This document shows, piece after piece, positions 1 through 9,848 of a stretch of DNA of 64,000 nucleotides. The notes under the pieces were generated by a model. The model ran no database searches and was not told the origin of the DNA. It saw only the letters and a program-made list of their open reading frames with translations. Made by a program: the position numbers and the translations under genes. Every line of letters starts with the position of its first letter. Position 1 is the stretch's first letter. Source of the stretch: an uncultured Chthonomonadaceae bacterium (GTDB lineage: Bacteria > Armatimonadota > Chthonomonadetes > Chthonomonadales > Chthonomonadaceae); contig CAWFQB010000002.1 of assembly GCA_963817895.1 (NCBI GenBank), forward strand, positions 192,001-256,000, written 5' to 3'.

Positions 1-330
1 CTTCGGGAAACGTGCGATAAGATTGTCGAGTACACCGGAAACGATCCTTGCCTCCAATTCCGGTTCGGTCACGACGGCGAAATAACGGTATGCTTTGCCT
101 TCCTTCTCCCGGCGAACGATGTCCTTGTTCAGCAAGCGATCCAACGTCGTCAGAACCGTAGTTAAAGCAATCGCCTGCTCCTTGTCCAATGTCTGTTGCA
201 GGTCGGCGGCAAGACAACCGGACTCGCCACAGCCCCAGACTTCCTGCATGATGGCTGTCTCTAACTCACCGAGCGGCCCGCCCACGCCAGTACGTTCCGG
301 TCGAAATCTTTGCCGTGCTTTGTTGGTCAC
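1..330 (-). CDS. BlaI/MecI/CopY family transcriptional repressor (3' end runs off window)
   Basis: Manual translation from GTG at 330 with GGAGGAG RBS: ...PLGELETAIMQEVW...IALTTVLTTLDRLLNKDIVRREKEGKAYRY, a BlaI winged-helix signature; absent from the ORF track. Confidence 0.85.
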   Translation of the reverse strand, partial: MTNKARQRFRPERTGVGGPLGELETAIMQEVWGCGESGCLAADLQQTLDKEQAIALTTVLTTLDRLLNKDIVRREKEGKAYRYFAVVTEPELEARIVSGVLDNLIARFPK

Positions 331-499
331 TTGCTCCTCCGTTTTCTCTTGATACAATCTCTATACCAAGTTTACCACAGGTGAGTTCTATCGCCAATAG
401 AAAGATTTGGCTGGATTCAAGTATAATGATGCCCAGATGGTCTCGAAAAGTTATTTTGCCGCAATGCTGTGGACGCGGAGGCGGCAACAAGGAGAAATT

Positions 500-1630
500 A
501 TGCGGTTCAAATACCTATGCGCTTTGTTCACCCTTTCAGCAGTTCTGGGGCTTGCGACTTCCAGGCAAGCAACGGCTCAGAGTTCCACGGTAGTTCCGGT
601 CATTCCGACTGGCGCGCTGACCGAAGCACGGGAGCCACAAGTCGCCGTTAGCGCAACGGGCAAAGTGTTCGTGACGTATGGGGTGAAGAACGCCCTTTAC
701 TGCTCGGTGTCGGGCGACGGAGGCCATAAATATGCTCCGCCCATCAAGGTTGGTGAAGCGGGCGCACTGGCGCTCGGTATGCGTCGGGGGCCGCGCATTG
801 CAGTCACCAACAAAGCCGTGGTCATCTCTGCCGTTTATGGTGGACAGGGTGCGGGGCATGACGGCGACCTGCTGGCATGGCGGTCGCAGGATGGCGGCAA
901 GACCTGGCAAGGGCCGTCCAAAGTAAATGACGTTCCTGGTGCGGCGCGCGAGGGACTACACGCGATGGCAGCCTCGCCCAAAGGCGTACTCACCTGCGCG
1001 TGGCTCGACCTCCGAACGAAGGGAACGAAGATTTATGCTTCTTCTTCGCAGGATGGGGGAGCGACGTGGGGTACGAACAAACTCGTCTATCAGTCCCCGG
1101 ATGAAACCGTGTGTGAATGCTGCCACCCATCCGTTGCCTACGACGCGCAAGGGCGGCTCTATATCATGTGGCGCAACTGGCTTGGCGGTTCGCGCGATAT
1201 GTACCTGACGCGCTCCGATGACAGTGGCAAGACCTTCGCATCCGCTCAGAAACTCGGCGTTGGAACCTGGCCTTTGAACGCCTGCCCAATGGATGGCGGC
1301 GCGGTTTCTGTTGCCAATGGATCGGTGACGACGTTCTGGCAGAGGAACCGCAAAATGTTTGAGTGCGCGCCAGGAGGCGAAGAACACGTTATTGGGGACG
1401 GAGTGCAGGGTTGGATTGCCGCTGGCACATCGGGCGCGTACCATGTCTGGTTAGAACGGCGCGGGGGTACGCTTATGGCTCAGATGCCTGCCAAACACGC
1501 CCTGATGTTGGCCCCTTCCGCTGACGACCCGGTTGTCGCATCTGCACCAGATGGTAAAGGGCTGATTGTGGCTGTCTGGAAGACGACGAAAGAGGGTGCA
1601 TCCAGTATTCTAAGCAGTGTCTTGCCGTAG
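500..1630 (+). CDS. Secreted BNR/Asp-box (sialidase-fold) beta-propeller protein
   Basis: Signal peptide; repeated S.DGG.TW Asp-boxes; CECC and CPMDGG motifs; ATG 500 follows AGGAG. Confidence 0.75.
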   Translation: MRFKYLCALFTLSAVLGLATSRQATAQSSTVVPVIPTGALTEAREPQVAVSATGKVFVTYGVKNALYCSVSGDGGHKYAPPIKVGEAGALALGMRRGPRIAVTNKAVVISAVYGGQGAGHDGDLLAWRSQDGGKTWQGPSKVNDVPGAAREGLHAMAASPKGVLTCAWLDLRTKGTKIYASSSQDGGATWGTNKLVYQSPDETVCECCHPSVAYDAQGRLYIMWRNWLGGSRDMYLTRSDDSGKTFASAQKLGVGTWPLNACPMDGGAVSVANGSVTTFWQRNRKMFECAPGGEEHVIGDGVQGWIAAGTSGAYHVWLERRGGTLMAQMPAKHALMLAPSADDPVVASAPDGKGLIVAVWKTTKEGASSILSSVLP

Positions 1631-1651
1631 CACTCTCTACAAGGGCAGTGT

Positions 1652-1693
1652 AAATGCCTGTGCCAGCCGAAGTTTGGGCTGGCACAGGCATTT
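1652..1693. terminator. 17-bp perfect inverted repeat between convergent genes
   Basis: AAATGCCTGTGCCAGCC-gaagtttg-GGCTGGCACAGGCATTT. Confidence 0.65.
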
Positions 1694-1903
1694 GTTCATC
1701 AGGATACTTTCTGCGAGACGTATACCAGCCCATCAACCCAACCATCCGTAGATTTCAGCACGATACAGCGTTCGTCCGAAGAAGAACAAACCGAACAGCA
1801 ATGATAGCCCGAATAGAATACGCGCACTGTACTCGTCCTACTTCTTACCGCCTAGTGCGTCGATCTCCAACCATCATTCAAAGGACATCATATTTGCGTG
1901 GTT

Positions 1904-2944
1904 TCAGCGCCAGTCCAAGCCATACATGCCAGTAGGCGAACCGCCTGCCACTTCTATGCGTACCTGCCCCGTTCCATCGGCGTTCATCATCCAGACGTAT
2001 GAGCCAGAGTAAAATGAACTTTCATCTACGGAACCACGATTGGACGCAAAGGCAATTTTGGTTCCGTCCGGGCTAAATACAGGTAGGTGATCCGTTGAGG
2101 GCGCTGTGGTAAGTTGCTGTTGGTGTGAGCCATCCGCATCCATTACCCATATATGAAAATCCGACGTGTAGACAATGCGCTTTCCATCCGGGCTGTAATT
2201 GGCTTCCCATTGATTGCCTGTGGTTGTTAGCGTTCGTTGTCCCGTACCATCTATGTTCATCACGACAATATGTGAAGTCGAGGTCGTCGCGCCTAGCACA
2301 TGTAGTGACTGAAGGCAAAGGATATGTTTTCCATCTGGGCTATAAACGGGCTTTGATCCTCCTTTATCACCCTTCACAATGAGCCGCAAATCCGTGCCAT
2401 CTACTTTGATGGAAGATATGTCATTGACCCCGCTGCCCCCCGCAAATAGGAGCCGAGACCCATCCGGGCTAAATGAGGGCTGACCAGCAAAGAGACCTGG
2501 TAACACAGCGCCACCTCTTTTCGGAATACTGCCATCCGCATTGATGAGGTCAATGCTTAATATGCCCGAACCAGAGTCAAAAGCAATTTGGCTGCCATCA
2601 GGACTGAAGCGGGTATCTGCGGCACTGCCACTATTTGGGCCGCTGACAACCTGAACAAGATTGCTGCCATTGGGGTTGACGGTGTAAATGCCCTGTTTGG
2701 GTGGATCAATGGCGACAAATACCAACCGGTTGGGGCCAGTCACACGAACGGGAGGAGTAACCACATTGTTACCTCCCCCACATCCGTACAGATTTAGAAA
2801 GGCCATTGTGAGGAACACCCAAAACCCCTGTGAACGGAACACTGCAAAGCGTCTAAAAGCGTAGAGTTGAAGTGACAAAGCACAATCTCCTAACGGGAAA
2901 TGGTCGGAAGGGGCTACCAATAATAAGACGCGAACTGCTGGCAT
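1904..2944 (-). CDS. TolB-like PD40 beta-propeller, probable lipoprotein (start uncertain)
   Basis: Repeated (F/Y)SPDG..I.F and MNADGTG motifs; lipobox-like LYGC. Confidence 0.75.
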   Translation of the reverse strand: MPAVRVLLLVAPSDHFPLGDCALSLQLYAFRRFAVFRSQGFWVFLTMAFLNLYGCGGGNNVVTPPVRVTGPNRLVFVAIDPPKQGIYTVNPNGSNLVQVVSGPNSGSAADTRFSPDGSQIAFDSGSGILSIDLINADGSIPKRGGAVLPGLFAGQPSFSPDGSRLLFAGGSGVNDISSIKVDGTDLRLIVKGDKGGSKPVYSPDGKHILCLQSLHVLGATTSTSHIVVMNIDGTGQRTLTTTGNQWEANYSPDGKRIVYTSDFHIWVMDADGSHQQQLTTAPSTDHLPVFSPDGTKIAFASNRGSVDESSFYSGSYVWMMNADGTGQVRIEVAGGSPTGMYGLDWR

Positions 2945-3057
2945 TTTAGTGCGTTGAGAAGCAGAAAGCCTGAAAGAGAGTCATACTACGACCGCACCTG
3001 GTCAGGTTGAAAAGACGCGGGAACGCTCATGGTATAAGCACCTAGTATGGTACCAAT

Positions 3058-4371
3058 TTATTTGAATGTTACCTGTGCTGCAACGCTATTGGCTTCCTGA
3101 TTGAGAGACAGACTCCAGCCGTTGGCAACCACAATAGCCTTGCAGATTGCCAGCCCCAAGCCATTGCCGCCCGTGTCTGAATTGCGCGAAGAGTCCGGGC
3201 GATAGAACGGCTCGAACAGTTTGTCTTCATTCCATTCGGGCAAAGGCAGGCATTCATTGAAAATGGTCAGCCGCGTCTCCTCTGGAAGAACCTGGATACA
3301 AACCTGGACTTCGCTACCTGGCACAGCGTATTTGACAGCGTTCTCCAATAGGTTACGAAGCAGAATATCCAGATGCGAGGCTATTTCCTGAATCCAAACA
3401 GTTTCGGATGGGCAAATCATAAAGCGCAGACCGCGCGATGTGGCAAGCGGCGCAAACTCCTCTGTCCACCCAGCGCAGGCTTCCCCTAGTTTCACGGCCT
3501 GTTTCTCACGAACTGGCGTTGCTTCCAACTGGTTCAACAGTAGCAGCGCTTGTACGAGCGAGGTCAGCCGCTCACTCTGTAAGTGGGCTTCCGCCAGAGC
3601 AATCCGGTAATCCTCCGCCTTGCGTTCGCGCATCAAGGCCAACTCCAGATAACCCTTAAGCGTTTGCAAGGGCGTTCGTAGTTCATGGGAAGCCGCCGCA
3701 TAAAAGCGTTCCCGCGCCGAAATTGCGCCGGAGAGCCGTCCTAGCAGCGCATTCAGCGTCCCTACAAGATGCACAATCTCTGTATCCTGTGATGGAGCGT
3801 TGAGATGAATACGCAAGTTATCCGTCGAAGCAGCGTCCGCCTGCATCGAAAGTCCATAGATCGGCGAAAGCGTCCGACCAACAAGCATCCATACTCCGAA
3901 TGTCGCTCCCAGAAATAATGCCAGACACAGCGCAATCAGCATAAGCGCCTGCGCCCGTAGCGTGTTTTCTGTCTTTTGCCAGTGGTAGCCCAGAACCGCC
4001 GTCTTGCTTCCCAGGGCAACCGTTTGAATACGCCACTCTTGCGGATCGGGGCGAGGCCAAGTGGGAACCTTGCCCGGCGTTTTTAGCGTCATGCCTCCCT
4101 GTGCATCCACTATCACCAGCGCAAGGTTTTGCTGTGTCAGTTCGTCCGGCTCGTCCGACCACCCGGCTTTGCCTTGTTCCTGCCGCGTCTCGGAGTATTC
4201 TCCCCGCATCTTATCGGCAGCGGTTTGCAGCGCGGCGTCTGCGCTTCGCTCCGCCGTATGGCGGGCAAACCACAGAATGAAACCGCCGAAGATCAGGATC
4301 AGGGCGGCGAAGGCACAGGCGAAAGCCGCTGTCATGCGGGAGCGCAGCGATCTAAGTTTCATGGTGGGCAT
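3058..4371 (-). CDS. Membrane sensor histidine kinase (HAMP-HisKA-HATPase)
   Basis: Two TM segments; ASHELRTPL H-box; NLLENAVKY; GNGLGLAI. Confidence 0.93.
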   Translation of the reverse strand: MPTMKLRSLRSRMTAAFACAFAALILIFGGFILWFARHTAERSADAALQTAADKMRGEYSETRQEQGKAGWSDEPDELTQQNLALVIVDAQGGMTLKTPGKVPTWPRPDPQEWRIQTVALGSKTAVLGYHWQKTENTLRAQALMLIALCLALFLGATFGVWMLVGRTLSPIYGLSMQADAASTDNLRIHLNAPSQDTEIVHLVGTLNALLGRLSGAISARERFYAAASHELRTPLQTLKGYLELALMRERKAEDYRIALAEAHLQSERLTSLVQALLLLNQLEATPVREKQAVKLGEACAGWTEEFAPLATSRGLRFMICPSETVWIQEIASHLDILLRNLLENAVKYAVPGSEVQVCIQVLPEETRLTIFNECLPLPEWNEDKLFEPFYRPDSSRNSDTGGNGLGLAICKAIVVANGWSLSLNQEANSVAAQVTFK

Positions 4372-5029
4372 CCAGGCAAAAGCCCACCCCCCGCACCGTG
4401 CGAATCAGGGCGGGGGAGTGGTTGCGGTCTATCTTGCCGCGAAGGTAGCCGATATACACATCCAAAACGTTGTCATTGCCGTCAAAGTCATACTGCCAGA
4501 CGTGTTCCATAATCATGGAGCGCGTCAGCACACGCCCGGCATTTCGCATCAGATATTCCAGCAGCGCGTACTCGGTAGCCGAAAGGGAGATTGTCTTGCC
4601 GTTGCGCGATGCTCGCCGCGCCGCAGGATCAAGCGTCAGGTCGGCAACGCGCAGCACAGCGGGGGTGGAAACGCCCCGCCGCATCAGGGCGCGCATCCGG
4701 GCCAGCAGTTCCCGGATTGCTACGGGTTTGACGATGTAATCATCCGCGCCGCTGTCCAGACCCTCTACCTTGTTATCTACCGCGTCGCGCGCCGTAATTA
4801 TCAACACGGGCGACAGAATACGGGCGGCGCGAAGGCGACGGCAGACTTCCAGCCCGTCCAAGCCCGGCAGCATGATGTCCAGCAGTATCAGATCGAACTC
4901 GAAACTTTGCGCCAGTTCCAGCGCGGCAGAACCGTTGTGTTCCACCTGCGTGACGTACCCGGCTTCGCTAACCGCCTGTTGCAGCAGTCGCGCCAGGCTT
5001 TTATCATCTTCCACAATCAGAACATTCAT
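4352..5029 (-). CDS. OmpR-family response regulator
   Basis: LIVEDD, LLDIMLP, GADDYIVKP, IRTVRGVG. Confidence 0.95.
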   Translation of the reverse strand: MNVLIVEDDKSLARLLQQAVSEAGYVTQVEHNGSAALELAQSFEFDLILLDIMLPGLDGLEVCRRLRAARILSPVLIITARDAVDNKVEGLDSGADDYIVKPVAIRELLARMRALMRRGVSTPAVLRVADLTLDPAARRASRNGKTISLSATEYALLEYLMRNAGRVLTRSMIMEHVWQYDFDGNDNVLDVYIGYLRGKIDRNHSPALIRTVRGVGFCLDAHHET

Positions 5030-5100
5030 GTCGGTTTCCCGCAAAAGAAGCAGGCGAGCCGTTTGCCTCGCCTGCCTGTCGCACTGTCGGGTGCAGAGGG

Positions 5101-5526
5101 TTACGGCTTTTCGGGCTTCTCGCCCTTCTCCTCCGCTCCTGCGCTTGCGCTGACTTTGCCGCCAGTGGCTTTCGTCAACATGTCCTTCATCTCCTTCGCC
5201 TCATCCTCCGGCGTGACGGTTTCCACAGCGCCCACCTTGCCCGTCATCGGGTCAATCTCCACCTCTTTGATGGTTTTGCCCAACACGATCATCACGCCGT
5301 ACACCCACTTGCCCTCATCGAACTCGAAATTGGCTTGCAGCGGGCGACCGACGACCTTGCCTTCCGCAATCTTGATCGCTTCCACCGGAGTAATCTTGCA
5401 CTTGGGTTGCGGCGTCGCGCTTCCCTTCTGCTGCGCCTGTGCCGCCAGCAACCCCGTTCCTCCGGCGAGAACCGTCATCACGCCAAGCGTGGCGTAAAGC
5501 GCTGTCTTCATTCGTTTTGTTTGCAT
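5101..5526 (-). CDS. Secreted PepSY-domain protein
   Basis: Signal peptide; KITPVEAIKIA...EFDEGKWVYGV...EVEIDPMTGKV. Confidence 0.8.
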   Translation of the reverse strand: MQTKRMKTALYATLGVMTVLAGGTGLLAAQAQQKGSATPQPKCKITPVEAIKIAEGKVVGRPLQANFEFDEGKWVYGVMIVLGKTIKEVEIDPMTGKVGAVETVTPEDEAKEMKDMLTKATGGKVSASAGAEEKGEKPEKP

Positions 5527-5619
5527 TTCGGCTCCTGTCTTCCCTGGGTTTGTTTAGCCCGCCCTGCGCGAACTTGAAACCAGTATACAGGGCCACCTTG
5601 AAACGAGCCTAAGTTCTAT

Positions 5620-5645
5620 CTGAGAGTTTCCTGAGAAGACTGAGA
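5620..5645. promoter_or_regulatory. Three CTGAGA direct repeats in the divergent intergenic region; possible OmpR-family binding site
   Basis: CTGAGA at 5620, 5631 and 5640 between the divergent PepSY genes. Confidence 0.4.
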
Positions 5646-5749
5646 AAACTCTCAATCTGTTCACAAGCAGGGTTCAGATTGAAGGCGTACACTGTGACTG
5701 TCGGCGCAACTACGCGCCGATACACCTATCCCTTCGAGGAGAAAAGAAC

Positions 5750-6211
5750 ATGACGAAGCGTTTCAACCTTCTCTCGCTGTCAGCGGCGTGCGGCGCGGTT
5801 TTGGCGGTCACTACCGTCTATGCGCTTGCCAATGCCCCAAAAGCAGTGCCCGACACGGCCCATGCTGCCGTTTCCAAAACCGTTTCCGCTTTCAGCAAAA
5901 CGTTTTCTCCGACCAGCAACAAGAGCGACGGCGATGGCGAGGAGAACGACGAGAAAGACGCGCCCAATCCCACCAGTGCGAAAGTCACCCCGGCACAAGC
6001 AACGGCGGCAGCCCTTGCCGCGCATCCGGGCGGCAAAGTCACCGACACGCCCGAACTTGAAAATGAGAATGGCGTTGCCGTCTACGGCTTAGACATCACA
6101 GTAGCAGACGGCAAGAAGTATGACGTGAAGGTGGACGCCAACACGGGCAAAGTCCTCACATCCGAAGCCGACAACGACGGCGAGCAGAACGACGGGCCGG
6201 ACAGCAAATAG
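5750..6211 (+). CDS. Secreted PepSY-domain protein
   Basis: Signal peptide; KVTPAQATAAAL...ELENENGVAVYG...DVKVDANTGKV; GAGGAG RBS. Confidence 0.85.
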   Translation: MTKRFNLLSLSAACGAVLAVTTVYALANAPKAVPDTAHAAVSKTVSAFSKTFSPTSNKSDGDGEENDEKDAPNPTSAKVTPAQATAAALAAHPGGKVTDTPELENENGVAVYGLDITVADGKKYDVKVDANTGKVLTSEADNDGEQNDGPDSK

Positions 6212-6286
6212 TTTCCGGGGGTCGCTGTTCGGGCAGATGCCATCCGCGACTGCCCGAACAGCAAACCGGCGAACAGGGAGAAAGTT

Positions 6287-7072
6287 ATGTTACCGAAAGC
6301 AAACGCGATAGGCCGGGAGATGCTGAACAAAGTGCCGGAAGTCACGCTCTACTTCTGGATTATCAAGGTGTTATGCACTACCGTAGGCGAAACGGCGGCA
6401 GACTCCCTGAACGCCAAACTGCATCTTGGCTTGACCAACACCACCTATATCATGGGCAGCCTCCTGCTCATCACGCTGTTTTTCCAGTTCAGGGCGCGGA
6501 AATACGTTCCCGGCATCTACTGGCTTGCCGTTGTCCTGCTGAGTGTCGTCGGTACGCTCATCACCGATAACCTGACAGACCACTTCAAAGTGTCTCTGGT
6601 GACGACTACCGTGATTTTTAGTGTCGCGCTGGCAGCGACCTTTGCAGCGTGGTACGCGAAAGAGAAAACGCTTTCGATCCATTCCATTTGCACCACCCGG
6701 CGCGAGGGCTTCTACTGGCTGGCGATCCTGTTCACCTTCGCCCTGGGTACGGCGGCGGGCGATCTGGTGGCGGAGAAGTTCGCCCTCGGCTATCTGGTAT
6801 CGCTGCTCCTGTTCGGGGGCATGATTGCGGTCGTGGCGGTCGCTTACTTCCGCTTCAAATTGAACAGCATCCTGGCGTTCTGGATGGCCTACATCCTGAC
6901 CCGTCCGCTTGGCGCGTCGCTTGGCGATTACCTGTCGCAGCCGCATAACTTAGGCGGTCTGAGCCTCGGCACAATGGGAACCAGCGTTCTCTTTCTTGCA
7001 GCGATCCTGAGCCTTGTCATCTTCCTTGCCTTGACAAGACGGGATGTGTCTGGCGTGAAGGCCACCGCGTAA
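6287..7072 (+). CDS. COG4705/DUF347 repeat membrane protein
   Basis: KVPEVTLYFWIIK..TTVGET, FALGTAAGD, YILTRPLGA motifs. Confidence 0.88.
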   Translation: MLPKANAIGREMLNKVPEVTLYFWIIKVLCTTVGETAADSLNAKLHLGLTNTTYIMGSLLLITLFFQFRARKYVPGIYWLAVVLLSVVGTLITDNLTDHFKVSLVTTTVIFSVALAATFAAWYAKEKTLSIHSICTTRREGFYWLAILFTFALGTAAGDLVAEKFALGYLVSLLLFGGMIAVVAVAYFRFKLNSILAFWMAYILTRPLGASLGDYLSQPHNLGGLSLGTMGTSVLFLAAILSLVIFLALTRRDVSGVKATA

Positions 7073-7197
7073 CGGGGCGCAACAACCTCTGTCAACCCGT
7101 CCGCTCCGTTCGCCATATACAAGAGACGGAGAAAACGATAGGGTAAATCAGGGTTGGAAAAGGAATCGCTTTGCCCCGTATTCAACAAGGAACCGCT

Positions 7198-7944
7198 ATG
7201 AACACAAGCAAAGTCGCCCAGGTGACGCTTTATTTCTGGATTATGAAAATCTGTGCGACCACATTGGGCGAAACGGCGGGCGACCTGCTTTCCATGACGC
7301 TCAATGTCGGCTACGCCGTGAGTTCCGCCATTCTGATCGGCTTGTTTCTGGTGACGCTGACGGCGCAACTCGCCTCGAAAAAGTTTCACCCGTTCCTCTA
7401 TTGGGCGGTGATTCTCGCCACCAGCACCGCCGGTACAACCATGTCGGATTACATGGATCGCACATTGGGACTTGGCTACGCCAAAGGCTCCCTGATCCTC
7501 ATTTGCTGCCTGGTGGCGGTGCTGTCCGCGTGGCGTTACAGTGAAAAGACGCTTTCCGTTGACAACATCCACACCACCAAAGCAGAATTGTTTTACTGGA
7601 TAGCGATCCTGTTTTCCAATACGCTCGGAACCGCCGCCGGAGATTACCTTGCTGATAGTTCCGGCCTGGGCTTCTTGGGAGGAGCCGCGCTGATCGGCGG
7701 ACTACTGGTATTGATTACCCTTGCCGCCTTTTTCACTCGCATCAATCGCATCCTGCTCTTTTGGCTCGCCTTTGTGCTGACCCGTCCCTTCGGGGCAACG
7801 TTCGGCGACCTGCTCACGAAGCCGGTTCCAAAAGGCGGGTTGGGCTTCGGAACGATTGGGTCTTCTGTGATCCTTGCCGCCTTGCTCGTGGGGTTTGTCC
7901 TCTACACGAGCATCAAAGATAAACAAGCGGGCCGGTCGCACTAA
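7198..7944 (+). CDS. COG4705/DUF347 repeat membrane protein (paralog)
   Basis: SKVAQVTLYFWIMKICATTLGET, SNTLGTAAGD, LTRPFGAT. Confidence 0.88.
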   Translation: MNTSKVAQVTLYFWIMKICATTLGETAGDLLSMTLNVGYAVSSAILIGLFLVTLTAQLASKKFHPFLYWAVILATSTAGTTMSDYMDRTLGLGYAKGSLILICCLVAVLSAWRYSEKTLSVDNIHTTKAELFYWIAILFSNTLGTAAGDYLADSSGLGFLGGAALIGGLLVLITLAAFFTRINRILLFWLAFVLTRPFGATFGDLLTKPVPKGGLGFGTIGSSVILAALLVGFVLYTSIKDKQAGRSH

Positions 7945-8008
7945 AGGAGCCGCCGTCTTAGCGCCTCATGCGTTACACAATTTCAATACGTGACAAGCAG
8001 GCACTTCC

Positions 8009-8614
8009 TTGCCTGTCGGAGAGTTTATATCCATGTTTTTATGTCGCCTGCTTGCTTCGACTGTCCTACTCGTTACTTGTGCTGCCAGCGTTGCGCTCTG
8101 TCCTGTGCAAGCGCGCGCGGACGAACCTGTAAATCGCCAAGCCTGGCATTTCATGTCAAATATGGGCAACATCCTTTATCTTGCCGCAGGGGTGGGTGTG
8201 CCGCTCATCGAGGACGGAAGAAAGGGGCGTACTCATGCCCTGCGCTCTGCGGATACTCTGCTAACCAGTGTACTGCTCTCGGAAGGGATGAAAGGCTTGT
8301 TTCAGGAGAAGCGCCCCGACAGTAACGCGCACGACAGTTTCCCAAGCGGTCACGCCACCGCCGCGTTTTCCGTGGCTGCCCTTGAAAGCGGCTTACATCC
8401 GCGTCAGGCTCCCTATTGGTATGCAGGGGCGACTTTGATTGCGGCGTCGCGTGTCGGGCTGCATCGGCATACGGTAGGCGATGTTCTGGCAGGAGCCGCA
8501 TTGGGGTATGGCGTCACCCGGCTGGAACTTTCCACCCGGCGCGGCCTGCTTCTCTCGCCATTCATCCGGCCTGAACAACACGCCTACGGACTTACCCTGT
8601 CCAAGTCGTTCTGA
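8009..8614 (+). CDS. PAP2 superfamily phosphatase
   Basis: K......RP, SFPSGH and SRV..HRH...DV motifs. Confidence 0.9.
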   Translation: MPVGEFISMFLCRLLASTVLLVTCAASVALCPVQARADEPVNRQAWHFMSNMGNILYLAAGVGVPLIEDGRKGRTHALRSADTLLTSVLLSEGMKGLFQEKRPDSNAHDSFPSGHATAAFSVAALESGLHPRQAPYWYAGATLIAASRVGLHRHTVGDVLAGAALGYGVTRLELSTRRGLLLSPFIRPEQHAYGLTLSKSF

Positions 8615-8640
8615 CCTTGTTGCAGCATACCCTGCCTACG

Positions 8641-9417
8641 TTAGGTGAGCCAGCCGTAAACTTCGGCGCGGTAGAGCGTCCTGCCCAGGAAAAACAGCCC
8701 GAAAAGAAGCAGGAACCAGCCAAAGGCGAGACGGGACTGTTTTTGGTTCAGCGCCAGTCCTAACCGTGCGCCCACATAGGTTGAGGGGATGACGCCCAGG
8801 CTAAGACGCAGGGCCAGCGACCATTCTACATGATGCAGCCGCCAATGTACCCACGTTCCGGGCACCGCCAGCAATGCGACCGCCACGAGGGACGTTCCCG
8901 CCGCTTCCTACGCGCCCATCGAGAATAGAAGCATATACGCGGGGACGAGTAGAAAGCCGCCTCCATTGGCAAGCAGGCCCGATAGGAAGCCCACGCCCGC
9001 GCCGACAGTCACGAGCGCCAGGGGCGCGATCTCCTGCCTCTCCTTTCGTTCAGGGGCTACCGGGGCCAAGCGCAGCAACCGGACGCCAACGGCAGCCACG
9101 AATAGCCCGGTCAGGATCATCAGGAGCCGACCGGGAACATTTTGCGTAAGGTACGAACCCGCGACGACGGCAGGAACGCCGCCGATGGCTGTCCAGAGAA
9201 CCGCCCGCAGGTTGACGAGGCCGCGCTTCCAGTAGGTGAAGCCTCCGACTAGAGCCGTCGGAAGCGTCACCGGAAGCGGCGTACCAAGCGCGATCAAGCG
9301 AGGAACGTCAAGGAGCCGTAGGATTGGCGTTGCTACGCTGCTGCCTCCCACACCGAAAATGCCGGAGAGAAATCCCAGCAACGCGCCCACAGCAATCATC
9401 GTGAAACGGTATTCCAT
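8641..9417 (-). pseudogene. TauE/SafE sulfite exporter interrupted by an in-frame TAG at 8908-8910
   Basis: GIFGVGG and ANGGGFLLVP motifs; the frame continues after the TAG as EAAGTSLVAVALLAVPG. Confidence 0.75.
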
Positions 9418-9452
9418 TCCTTGCCCTCTGGGTAAGTTCGCCTCCCATGCGT

Positions 9453-9848
9453 TCAGATGCGGGCGCTGTCAATAAGATACCAGATGATGAGCAGTCCCAT
9501 TAACACAACAATCGCAGCAAAAGTGAGTACAAGCCCTCCCGACGCCACGTACCGATGTTCACGGATTTGCCCTTGTACTGGTAGAAAGTGGCGGGCCGAC
9601 AGTACAACGGTCAGAAGGCCAATGATCGTGAACAGCAGCCCGATGTTGGAAGCATGGACAATGCCGCGCGAGGGCGGCGTGAGCGCATTTGGCGGGAACA
9701 GGTAGCGTAGTTTGGCAATCACCACGCCGAACCCCATTGTGGCAATACCCGTTCGCAGCCATGCCAGATACGTTCGTTCGTTGGCAAGATGGTCGCGTAC
9801 ACGCTCATCGTCTTGGGAGTGTTCCACGCTTAACTCCTCTTTCATCAT
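9453..9848 (-). CDS. DUF202/YidH inner membrane protein
   Basis: RDHLANERTYLAWLRT signature. Confidence 0.92.
   Translation of the reverse strand: MMKEELSVEHSQDDERVRDHLANERTYLAWLRTGIATMGFGVVIAKLRYLFPPNALTPPSRGIVHASNIGLLFTIIGLLTVVLSARHFLPVQGQIREHRYVASGGLVLTFAAIVVLMGLLIIWYLIDSARI

Noticed and set aside
4061..5497. 478-aa plus-strand ORF
   Set aside because: Antisense shadow of the kinase, regulator and PepSY genes; no recognisable motifs
8908..8910. Pyrrolysine or recoding at the TauE amber codon
   Set aside because: TAG is a normal stop in many genes here (e.g. 1630, 12639, 13252) and no pyl genes are visible
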